From assembly GCA_018812265.1 (NCBI GenBank), contig JAHJDG010000127.1, positions 1 to 59,470 of the forward strand: a DNA stretch of 59,470 nt. The letters are read 5' to 3'. Made by a program: the position numbers and the translations under genes. Under the pieces are notes generated by a model. The model saw only the letters and a program-made list of their open reading frames with translations. It did not search any database and was not told the DNA's origin. Positions 29,515 through 38,272 of this stretch are shown one piece after another. Position 1 is the first letter of the stretch. Each line of letters starts with the position of its first letter. Source of the DNA: a bacterium. GTDB lineage: Bacteria; Electryoneota; RPQS01.

Positions 29515-31509
29515 TTAGCCGTCGGTGGTACGCAGCTCACGCAACTCCTTTTCCCTGCGTACTTCCAGTTCCTCAAGCCGAAGCGCCGCCTGCTCCCAGA
29601 GCTCGATGAGAGAGGGCAATTCCTTCCGAATCCGATCATATTCCGCCATCAGCGACCGGCACCGTTCCGGGTCCCGATAGAGACTCTCATCGGCAAGTAC
29701 GGGTTCGATCTCAAGCTTACGGGACTCGTGGCGATCAATGTTTCGTTGAATCTTCTCCAGTTCCTTGCGCGCTTGTCGGATTCCCTCGGAGTGGCGGTTT
29801 CTCACGTCCGCTTCGAGGCGCTTACGTTCCCGTTTCTGATATCGTCCATCGGGAACCGGTTGCTCGGTTGCTTCGTGGAGACGACCTTCCCCCGATTGCA
29901 GAGCGTCTCCCGCCAAACCCTTCCGCTCGAGGTACTCCGACAAGCTCCCCGGATAATCCTGCAATCGTCCACCTTCCAACTCCATAATCCGTTCCACCAA
30001 ACGGTCAAGGAAATACCGATCGTGACTGACAACGATCAGGGTTCCGTCATACTCCTTGAGGGCACTCAGCAGCACGTCCTGTGAAGTCATGTCCAGATGA
30101 TTCGTCGGCTCATCAAGAATCAGCAGATTGGCCGGACGGAGAAGCATCTTGGCCAGGGCCAACCGAGCCTTCTCGCCGCCCGACAGAACCGATACTTTCT
30201 TGAGAACGTCGTCGCCGGAAAAGAGAAACGCGCCCAGAAGCTTCCGGAGTTCATTCTGGGTCGGTCCGTGCGATTCGGATTCCATCTCCTCAAGCACGGT
30301 GCGGCGGGGATCAAGGTGGAAGTCGGCTTCCTGAGCGAAATAATTAACCTCCACGTTGTGCCCGAGCTTGACGCTGCCGCCGGTCGGTTGCTCAATACCC
30401 GTAATCAGCCGGCAGAGCGTGGACTTGCCGGCCCCGTTGACGCCGACCAGAGCGACCTTCTGACCTCGCGCAAGCACCAGGTCCAGTTCGCTGAACACCG
30501 GAATGGAACCGTAGTGGTGATGCAGGCCGATGAATTCGAGAACGATTCGGCCGCTGGGCGGCGCGGGTGGAAAACGAAACCGAACTTGGCGGGCTGAACT
30601 GCTCAGCCTGACCTGTCCGAGTTTTTCGAGGGTCTTAATCCGGCTTTGTACTTGACTGGCCTTGGTCGCCTTGTATCGGAATCGTTCGACGAATCGCTCG
30701 ATCCGCTTGCGTTCGTCCGCGATTCGAGCCGCCTCCGCCTCCAACTGCTCCTCCCGCAGCGCGCGCGCCTTCTCGTAGGCCGAGTAATTCCCCTCGTAGA
30801 GGATCAGTTCCCCGTGGTCAATCTCGGCGATACCATCCGTAACGCTGTTCAGGAAACGGCGGTCATGGCTGACGACGATCAGCGCGCCATCGTAGCGAGT
30901 CAGATAGCCTTCCAACCACAACAGGGCGGGCAAGTCAAGATGATTCGTCGGTTCGTCGAGTAGGAGGAGATCGGGATCTTGCAGAAGAAGCTTGGCCAGA
31001 GCGATGCGCATCTGCCAGCCGCCGGAAAACTCTTCCACGCGACGTCCGTGGTCGGTATCGCGAAAGCCTAATCCCTTCAGCACCCGAGCCACTTTCGCTT
31101 CCGCCCGATAGCCCTCGAGATCCTCCCACCGGTGTTGAACCACGCCCAAACGTTCGATCAAATCCACGTCATCGGGAGTCCGGTCGAGTCTTCCGTGAAG
31201 CTCGGAAAGTTCAGATTCGAGTCGCGGCAAGTCCGGAAGACCGTTCCAGGCTTCGGCGAACAGCGTTCGACCGGAGTGAGTTACTCCTTCTTGAGGAAGA
31301 TATCCGGCGGCAAGATCGCGGGTTCGCTCCACCCGGCCGTCCGTAGGCTCAGTGACACCGAGCATGATCCTGAGTAGGGTGGTTTTGCCCGCTCCATTGG
31401 GACCGATGAGTCCGAATCGTTGACGCCGGAAGATGGACCACGACAGGGGTTTCAGCAGTATCTTCCCCGGTAAAACAAGGGCGACTTCATGAAGATGCAG
31501 CAGCCTCAT
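29515..31509 (-). CDS. ABC-F family ATP-binding protein
   Basis: Two ABC domains (GPNGAGKTT, FSGGWQMR, LLDEPTNHLD; GVNGAGKST, LSGGEK), no TM segments, C-terminal coiled coil. Confidence 0.93.
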   Translation of the reverse strand: MRLLHLHEVALVLPGKILLKPLSWSIFRRQRFGLIGPNGAGKTTLLRIMLGVTEPTDGRVERTRDLAAGYLPQEGVTHSGRTLFAEAWNGLPDLPRLESELSELHGRLDRTPDDVDLIERLGVVQHRWEDLEGYRAEAKVARVLKGLGFRDTDHGRRVEEFSGGWQMRIALAKLLLQDPDLLLLDEPTNHLDLPALLWLEGYLTRYDGALIVVSHDRRFLNSVTDGIAEIDHGELILYEGNYSAYEKARALREEQLEAEAARIADERKRIERFVERFRYKATKASQVQSRIKTLEKLGQVRLSSSARQVRFRFPPAPPSGRIVLEFIGLHHHYGSIPVFSELDLVLARGQKVALVGVNGAGKSTLCRLITGIEQPTGGSVKLGHNVEVNYFAQEADFHLDPRRTVLEEMESESHGPTQNELRKLLGAFLFSGDDVLKKVSVLSGGEKARLALAKMLLRPANLLILDEPTNHLDMTSQDVLLSALKEYDGTLIVVSHDRYFLDRLVERIMELEGGRLQDYPGSLSEYLERKGLAGDALQSGEGRLHEATEQPVPDGRYQKRERKRLEADVRNRHSEGIRQARKELEKIQRNIDRHESRKLEIEPVLADESLYRDPERCRSLMAEYDRIRKELPSLIELWEQAALRLEELEVRREKELRELRTTDG

Positions 31510-33263
31510 GATCGTCTTGCCAAAGCTACCGGTCGTTTTGCCGATTGCATGCGCGTGCCGCCCTTGCCCAGCGCTTCGAGGTACACGATGTATAGACCGG
31601 TCGGAACGAATTGCCCTCCATCGTCGCGGCCATCCCAGAGTATTTCGCCGGAAAAACCCGCCGCCGCGTTGTTGGCAAGTCTTCTCACCGCACGACCGCG
31701 AACGTCGTAAATCTTGACATCAATCCGAGAATCGCCATGTTCGAGCCGAAAGCGAATGAAGAGTACGTCTTCGTGTCCGTCTCCATCGGGCGAGAACGGA
31801 TTCGGCTCCAGTACAAGGAGTTGTCGAGGCATGCCCGTGGATGGCAGAGTCCGCGAGTTCGTTCGGCCCAGAGTCGAGCCTGTGCTGTCCAGCGATGCCG
31901 CCCAATTGAGGGGATCGTTGGACGCCGAGTACGCGGAGATGCGTTCGATGCTGACTCCCGCCTCACCGTTTCCCCACGATGGCCGATAGTCCACCCGGTC
32001 CACAAGCTGATGATGGGAGTCGAACAACACCAGTGAATCGCCGCTGTTGTTCAAGGTCACTTCGCCGGAATTCCAGATCATTACCGGCACGGTCGGCGGA
32101 ATGTTCTCGAACAACACTTGCGAATCGGCGGCCAACACGATGAATTGCATCGGCGGCAGTACAATCTCCGGCAGGAGCTGCAACCGCGACGTATCGAGCA
32201 GCGCCGTTCCGTCGCCGAACCGCCAACCTGCGAGATTCCACGACAGTACGCTCGCATTGTAGAGCTCGATCCACTCGCTCCGTTGGGACTCGGGCTGATA
32301 CATGATCTCGTTGATAACCAGCCAACTCTGAGCACCGGATGTACCGATGGCAATTGCCCACTCATCATTGCTGTGGCGATCATCCCGCCCGGACAGTTTC
32401 GCCACAAACGTGTGAATGGATTCATCAGGCAATGTCCAGTCGCGGCGAAACTCCTCCGAGTCACCGGGAGACAGAATCGCCGTAAGCCACCGATTCAGCA
32501 CGTGGAGCGAGTCCGTTGTTCCACTGGGCTCTATCCGTTCGTAGAGAAATAAGGAATCTCGCATCGGTTGGAGTCCGACGTTTTCCACTCGCACGGTAAT
32601 CTCGATTGTCTCCCCCACGCGCGCGTCAACAGGTGCGTAGGTCAGGGATGTAATCGCCAAGTCTTGTTCGGGAGGCGTTACGCTGTTTCGCCCTCCCGGA
32701 GTTCCCCCCAGAGTCACGGCTTCCGTCCAGTTGGAGCTGCCGTCTCCGGCAGTCGGCAGAATCTTTTCCTCTGATTGACCTTGCTCATTACCGAGAGTGT
32801 AGGTGTACGAAGAGACCGTCTGTCCTTGCGGACTGATCAGCGACACCGTCTCGGCCGTGCTGTTGGATAGACCACGGCTGCCAAACGTCGAGTTGTCTAT
32901 GGTAACGACGAGCGCGTTCTCCGGAATGCGACCGTCATAGGTCGTGCTTCCATTCTCGAAATAGTCCGGGTCGAGAATGAGAACGTACCGATTGGACTGC
33001 ACGAGAAGACCGTGCTCGAGGGCGATAACTCGATCCGTATCCGCTCCATCAGTTACCCGCCATCCGTCCAAGTTCACTGCATGGGGGCTATTATTGAAGA
33101 GCTCGATGTACTCATCATCGTTCTCATCGCCGCTCGGATTGTACATGATCTCATTCAGCGTCAGCCCCGGCGCCTCACTGGATAGCAATAGAAAACCGAT
33201 GATCACAGAGATCGCAATACTACGCAAGTGATATATCCTCGATGTGACGGACTTTCGGTTCAT
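31506..33263 (-). CDS. Exported protein with two lamin-tail domains, a CARDB-like Ig domain and a T9SS-type CTD
   Basis: Signal peptide; LNEIMYNP..EYIELFN and INEIMYQP..EWIELYN; DLAITSL...TITVRVENVG; PNPFSPDGDGHED...WDGRDDGG..VPTGLYIV. Confidence 0.8.
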   Translation of the reverse strand: MNRKSVTSRIYHLRSIAISVIIGFLLLSSEAPGLTLNEIMYNPSGDENDDEYIELFNNSPHAVNLDGWRVTDGADTDRVIALEHGLLVQSNRYVLILDPDYFENGSTTYDGRIPENALVVTIDNSTFGSRGLSNSTAETVSLISPQGQTVSSYTYTLGNEQGQSEEKILPTAGDGSSNWTEAVTLGGTPGGRNSVTPPEQDLAITSLTYAPVDARVGETIEITVRVENVGLQPMRDSLFLYERIEPSGTTDSLHVLNRWLTAILSPGDSEEFRRDWTLPDESIHTFVAKLSGRDDRHSNDEWAIAIGTSGAQSWLVINEIMYQPESQRSEWIELYNASVLSWNLAGWRFGDGTALLDTSRLQLLPEIVLPPMQFIVLAADSQVLFENIPPTVPVMIWNSGEVTLNNSGDSLVLFDSHHQLVDRVDYRPSWGNGEAGVSIERISAYSASNDPLNWAASLDSTGSTLGRTNSRTLPSTGMPRQLLVLEPNPFSPDGDGHEDVLFIRFRLEHGDSRIDVKIYDVRGRAVRRLANNAAAGFSGEILWDGRDDGGQFVPTGLYIVYLEALGKGGTRMQSAKRPVALARRS

Positions 33264-33624
33264 GCTCGTCCCACCAAATGGATATCACGTCCACTCGACA
33301 GGGAGCGTTGATCGAATGACTCTTCGTATACGCGCGCACCAGAGCGTTCAACTTGCGCCGTTTTGCCGTATGCACGCGCGACTCGGGCGGAAGTGATCCT
33401 TGTGCACGAGCCGATTTCACTTCCACGAATACGTACATGTCTCCGCGGCGGCAAACGATATCGAGTTCGCCAAGCGGACACCGCCAGTTTCGTTCGACTA
33501 TCCGATAGCCGCTGCGATGCAGATAATCGGTTGCCGCATCCTCGCCGGCTGCGCCAATCTCCGCATCGGTTGGCGGTGCTCCGCTACTGCGCGTCCGCCG
33601 CCGTTTGAAGAAGTTCCCGAACAC
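33220..33624 (-). CDS. yraN: YraN family putative endonuclease
   Basis: GAAGEDAATDYL..GYRIVERNWR...GELDIV..FVEVK; follows rnhB; start placed at GTG 33624. Confidence 0.85.
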   Translation of the reverse strand: MFGNFFKRRRTRSSGAPPTDAEIGAAGEDAATDYLHRSGYRIVERNWRCPLGELDIVCRRGDMYVFVEVKSARAQGSLPPESRVHTAKRRKLNALVRAYTKSHSINAPCRVDVISIWWDEHEPKVRHIEDISLA

Positions 33625-34255
33625 CTTTGAACGTCCGCCGATGAATTGGGCAAGGTCCAAGCCGTTTGAGAGCGGTGCGATGCTGCTCCGTTGGATATCC
33701 CATATGACGCGCAAAACCGTAGCCGGGGTATACGCGATCAAACTCCTCCATAATTCGATCGCGATGCACTTTGGCCACGATGGAGGCCGCGCCGATCGTA
33801 GCCACCAGGGCGTCACCCTTGCGAATCGGCTTGACCAAACCACAGGCTTTGGGTGCATGAATGCCGTCTACTAAAATCATTTTCGGCACGTTATCGAGAC
33901 CGGCAATCGCCCGCGTCATTGCAGCAAGTGACGCCTGCAATATGTTGAGTTCGTCAATTTCTTCGTGGGAACAGACGCCTACTGCATACTGGAGCGACTC
34001 TGTGATCGCGCGATAGCACGTTTCCCTTCTGCGTTTCGTCAGCGTCTTTGAATCTCGTGCCGACCAGACAGCTTCGCAATCGCGAAAGATCACCGCCGCC
34101 GCCACCACCGGACCCGCGAGCGGACCACGACCCGCCTCATCCACACCGCAAATCGGCGACAAACCGGCCTTCGTCAAGATGATCTCCAGCGGTTCGTCAG
34201 TCACCGAGAATCCCAAATCCGATAGGACAAGTGAAGTGGATTGGCTATGTACCAT
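33584..34255 (-). CDS. rnhB: Ribonuclease HII
   Basis: GVDEAGRGPLAGPVVAAAV, RDSKTL, VDG, KGDA...AASIVAKVHRD, HMGYPT, IHRRTF; start uncertain (34255 or GTG 34204). Confidence 0.93.
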   Translation of the reverse strand: MVHSQSTSLVLSDLGFSVTDEPLEIILTKAGLSPICGVDEAGRGPLAGPVVAAAVIFRDCEAVWSARDSKTLTKRRRETCYRAITESLQYAVGVCSHEEIDELNILQASLAAMTRAIAGLDNVPKMILVDGIHAPKACGLVKPIRKGDALVATIGAASIVAKVHRDRIMEEFDRVYPGYGFARHMGYPTEQHRTALKRLGPCPIHRRTFKGVRELLQTAADAQ

Positions 34256-36683
34256 ACAATCCCCACAAACGCGCGAATCTGCGAGCGGGTGATTCAATGT
34301 ACTCCCAACGTCCGTCAACCGAGCGAAAATTCAACGACCCCTGTTCCGCGGTGGAATAAACCGTTGCTCCAATCCTCTGCAAGCGGTTGAGCACCGAAGG
34401 GTCGGGATGACCGAAACGATTGCCAACGCCGGCTGAGACAACGGCGATGCGTGGCGACGTCGCGCGTAGAAAATCAAGACATGAGGACGATTTGCTTCCG
34501 TGATGAGCGATCTTGAGCAGCTCGACGTTCAACGATTCTCCCCAACCAAGCAGATTCTTTTCGGTCATGCTGTCAATATCGGCGACCAGTAATGCCGTCG
34601 CACCTTCACATTCGAGTCGCAAGACGAGAGACTTTGCATTGTCGCTACGGGATTCATTCAGCGTCATCGAATCCGGCGAAAGCACCGTGAGAACCGTTCC
34701 CGGAGTCAGTTGAATCCGTTCGCCGATGCGTAGTTCCTGCCAGTTCACACCCTCTGCTTCCGCCGTCAGTCGAGTCTCCAGAAAGGTGCGAGTCTCTCCG
34801 GAGTCACGATTCGTAAGCACTCTTCCGACGGGAATCAGCCCCAGGATATCCGAGGTTCCCCCGATGTGATCATTATCGGGATGGGTCAGCACGACCGCAT
34901 CGAGCCGCCGCACGTTGTTCTCTGCGAGAAAGGGAAGAATGCGATCGGCAGCCGACCAATCACCGTAGGCGGGGCCGGTGTCAATGAGCACGGCTTTCCG
35001 TCCGGCAGTTACGAGAATCGCGTCACCGTTGCCAACCGATAGGAAGGAAATCTCGGGATTGGGTGCGGCACCGTGAAAGACCGATCCCCAGGCAACAAGA
35101 TTCGCCGACAGTAGAATCCCGGTGAGAATCCACTTGCCTCGCTGCATCGCAGCTCCCACGACAAATAGTCCCACACACGCGTAGAAAAACACCAGCAGTA
35201 CCGTGGAAAACGAGGGAACCGCAGTGCTGGCAAGCGGCAAAGCGGCGAAGAATTCAACTGACTTGCCGAGAAGATAGGACAAGCCATCCAATGAAGCCGC
35301 AACGATTCGCGAAAATCCGGGAACAACGGCTTCTGTGAGCAAAAGCAGAACCGCCCATAGCAGCAGCACCGCAAATCCCGGAACGGCGATCAGATTGCCG
35401 AGCGCACCGATGAGTGGTACGCGATGAAACAAGAAACCCACCAGCGGTAGAGTCCCGACCTGTGCGCCAAGTGTAGCCGATCCCAGACTGACGACTCCGT
35501 GAACCCATGTTACCCGCGATCCGCCGATCACTCGCAGCATGTTCGTCCGCAGAAACGTAAAGCCGCCCACGATCCCCACAACCGCAAGATAGGAGAGCAG
35601 AAATCCGGCATCCAGAATATCGAGCGGCCGCCACAGAAGTTCAACAAGGGCGGCAGCGGCCACGGTGTTCAAAATTTCATATCTTCGATAGAGCAGATTG
35701 CCCAGAACAATGAAACCCGCCATCAGCGATGCACGGATCAGAGATGGCGCTTCTCGGCCCAGTTCCATGTAGAGCAAAACGGCCGTAAGAAGAAGCGCAA
35801 GGCGGAGTCCGCGGGGCAGACAGAGCGCGCCGGCCGCCGCCCAGATCATGGCGATCAGAAAACCGACGTTCATTCCGCTCAATGCGAAGACGTGACTGAG
35901 TCCGGTCAGGCGAAGCCGGTCTGAGAATTCCGGACTGAAGTCGCGGCGTTCTCCAAGAACAAGCGCCTTGCTCAGTGCGGCGGCATCGGGTGACAGTCTT
36001 CGATCGAAGGTCGCAACGATGAATGCGCGAATATCATCAACGATCCGGCGCACACTGAAACCCGGTGCCGGTTGACAAAGAACATCGGTCGCTTCGCAGC
36101 GGAGCACCGCCACCTCCTGTCGCACGAGGATTCCGATCATCCGGCCCATGCTCCCGGCAGCATAGGTGGCGCTCGAACGAAGCTCTCCCGCCGCATCCAC
36201 TTGGTCGCCATAGCGAAAAGCGGATAGCGCGGCCGAATCGCCGAGAACTCGCACGGTCAGCGGCGCGCAGCGAACGATATGAGTATCGCCGAACAGCAGA
36301 GCGCGGTGCAACGTTACGCTTTGAACGTCGCCCCGTCCCTCCAGCGGGAACAAGACGCGACCGCTGACTCGTACCGGGGTGCTCTCGCCTTCAAGACGTT
36401 CCACCTCGCCTCGCACGTCTCTACCGATGGCGTCGGTGGCTCTCAGGCAGGCAAGCGACGCAACCGCGAGCATTCCCAAGACGATGGGAACGGCAAGCGG
36501 CAAACGTACAACCGCCGCCGCACCGGCCAGCACGAATAATCCGATGCAGACAGCGAGGAGCGGTAGTGGCGGCCAGATAAGGTACAGCCCCGCGGCAACG
36601 CCCGCGATCACCGACAGCATGAAGGGAAGAATCGGAACCTTGCGGAGCGTCCACGTTTCCCAAAGCCGCATCGCTTGCCTCAC
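34245..36683 (-). CDS. comEC: ComEC/Rec2 DNA uptake competence protein
   Basis: GLSHVFALSGMNV, GFLLSY in the competence domain; metallo-beta-lactamase domain VGNGDAI, THPDNDHIGG, KIAHHGS, FGHP. Confidence 0.92.
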   Translation of the reverse strand: MRQAMRLWETWTLRKVPILPFMLSVIAGVAAGLYLIWPPLPLLAVCIGLFVLAGAAAVVRLPLAVPIVLGMLAVASLACLRATDAIGRDVRGEVERLEGESTPVRVSGRVLFPLEGRGDVQSVTLHRALLFGDTHIVRCAPLTVRVLGDSAALSAFRYGDQVDAAGELRSSATYAAGSMGRMIGILVRQEVAVLRCEATDVLCQPAPGFSVRRIVDDIRAFIVATFDRRLSPDAAALSKALVLGERRDFSPEFSDRLRLTGLSHVFALSGMNVGFLIAMIWAAAGALCLPRGLRLALLLTAVLLYMELGREAPSLIRASLMAGFIVLGNLLYRRYEILNTVAAAALVELLWRPLDILDAGFLLSYLAVVGIVGGFTFLRTNMLRVIGGSRVTWVHGVVSLGSATLGAQVGTLPLVGFLFHRVPLIGALGNLIAVPGFAVLLLWAVLLLLTEAVVPGFSRIVAASLDGLSYLLGKSVEFFAALPLASTAVPSFSTVLLVFFYACVGLFVVGAAMQRGKWILTGILLSANLVAWGSVFHGAAPNPEISFLSVGNGDAILVTAGRKAVLIDTGPAYGDWSAADRILPFLAENNVRRLDAVVLTHPDNDHIGGTSDILGLIPVGRVLTNRDSGETRTFLETRLTAEAEGVNWQELRIGERIQLTPGTVLTVLSPDSMTLNESRSDNAKSLVLRLECEGATALLVADIDSMTEKNLLGWGESLNVELLKIAHHGSKSSSCLDFLRATSPRIAVVSAGVGNRFGHPDPSVLNRLQRIGATVYSTAEQGSLNFRSVDGRWEYIESPARRFARLWGLYGT

Positions 36684-36696
36684 TGACGGTTGAGAG

Positions 36697-37416
36697 CTAC
36701 GGCTTCTCCACTACGAATAATGTGGCGATTCCCGCCGACAGACGGATTTGTTTGCGACACGTAAGTCCGACTCCGGCGAATACGTGCGCCAGTTCCTCGG
36801 CGCTCAAGAAACCGGCCACCGTATTCGTAAGATAGGCGTAGGCCACGGCGTTCCGGGAGATTCGCGCGCCGATCGGAATCAACACTCGCTGCATGTACCC
36901 GCGGAATATTCGATCAATCCACCTCGAACGATCCGGTGTGAATTCCAGTATTACTCCCCGCCCGCCCGGTTTGAGAGTCCGACACAACTCCGACATTCCA
37001 CCCGGCAGGTTCTCGAAATTGCGAATGCCGAAAGCGACCATGAAACCATCAAACGACGCATCGGCAAACGGAAGCCGCTCGGCCACGCCGCGCATCAGCA
37101 GGAACTGGCAGGGCTTGATGCATCCCGCTTTGGCATCGGCGCGAGTCAACATGGCCAACGCCGGGTCCACGAGAACGGTACGGATGTGGGGATTCACTTC
37201 GTGCGCGGTCAGAGACATATCCCCCGTGCCCGCGCCGCAGTCAAGAATCGTTTCTCCCGTTTGCGCGGCCAGATGCTTAATGGCCGTGCGTCGCCATCGC
37301 CGATCCACGCCTAATGACAAGAGATGATTGAGAAGATCATAAGTCGGAGAGATGCGGTCGAACATCTCCGCAACTTCACGTGCTGGAGTGCCGCTCACGG
37401 GATTCTCGGACTCCAT
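36697..37416 (-). CDS. ubiE: UbiE/MenG-family quinone C-methyltransferase
   Basis: MFDRISPTYDLLNHLLSLGVDRRWR, SAM motif LDCGAGTGD, AFGIRN, LKPGG. Confidence 0.88.
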   Translation of the reverse strand: MESENPVSGTPAREVAEMFDRISPTYDLLNHLLSLGVDRRWRRTAIKHLAAQTGETILDCGAGTGDMSLTAHEVNPHIRTVLVDPALAMLTRADAKAGCIKPCQFLLMRGVAERLPFADASFDGFMVAFGIRNFENLPGGMSELCRTLKPGGRGVILEFTPDRSRWIDRIFRGYMQRVLIPIGARISRNAVAYAYLTNTVAGFLSAEELAHVFAGVGLTCRKQIRLSAGIATLFVVEKP

Positions 37417-37459
37417 TTCGTATTCATCGAGCGTGGGTACGGGATGGCCACCGAAAGTA

Positions 37460-38272
37460 TCAAGCCGCAGTTGCCGCGAGGTAGGCGAGGAAAAGGGGAG
37501 CGGAAATCAATAGGGAATCGAAACGATCGAGAAGTCCGCCGTGACCGGGCAAGATTGCCGACGTGTCTTTGAGGCTGGACTCTCTTTTCATGAGAGATTC
37601 GAGTAGATCACCCGCCTGTCCTCCCAAACCGACGATGATCGGAAGCATGACGTAGTCCAGAGGCAAGGGAGAAACCCAGCCCAAACCAGCCAGGGCGGGC
37701 AGAATCAGCGAAGACCCGACAAAACCGCCCACAAATCCCTCCACCGTCTTATTCGGGCTTGCCTGAGTGAACAGCGGACGCCTTCCCGCATATCGGCCCA
37801 CGAAGTAGGCGGCGGAATCACACATCCATGTCGCTACGAAAAGAATCACCAGAGCACCGGCCGGCTCCAGACGGACGAACCGGTTCACCGTGGCGAGGGG
37901 AATCCAGAACGCAAGGGGCAAAGCTATATAGAAGACATAGAGAGCCACGCCACTCAGGACGGCGAGGGGACGTCGCTTTGAAAAAAACAACCCCGCAATA
38001 AGCAGAATCCCCAGCACCGCTGCTGCGACGATCGTTGCCAGTTTGGAATCAGGAGCGATCAACAGAAAATCAACGGCGAGCGCCGCCAGAATCATGGCGG
38101 GCACAAGTGAGCGAATGCCGTCGGATCGCCACAGACGCAGCCACTCGGGCAGAATAGCGAGTTGCAGCGCCAGCACCAGCGCCACGACGTACCATTTGCC
38201 CAATCGAGCCACCGCCAGCAGAAGGGGGATGCCGACCGCGGCAATCAGGACTCGTTTGGCCAGATTACGCAC
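37460..38272 (-). CDS. cdsA: Phosphatidate cytidylyltransferase
   Basis: DSAAYFVG, SPNKTVEGF, GDLLES..KR...KD...LPGHGGLLDRFDS; GTG overlaps the upstream TAG. Confidence 0.92.
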   Translation of the reverse strand: MRNLAKRVLIAAVGIPLLLAVARLGKWYVVALVLALQLAILPEWLRLWRSDGIRSLVPAMILAALAVDFLLIAPDSKLATIVAAAVLGILLIAGLFFSKRRPLAVLSGVALYVFYIALPLAFWIPLATVNRFVRLEPAGALVILFVATWMCDSAAYFVGRYAGRRPLFTQASPNKTVEGFVGGFVGSSLILPALAGLGWVSPLPLDYVMLPIIVGLGGQAGDLLESLMKRESSLKDTSAILPGHGGLLDRFDSLLISAPLFLAYLAATAA

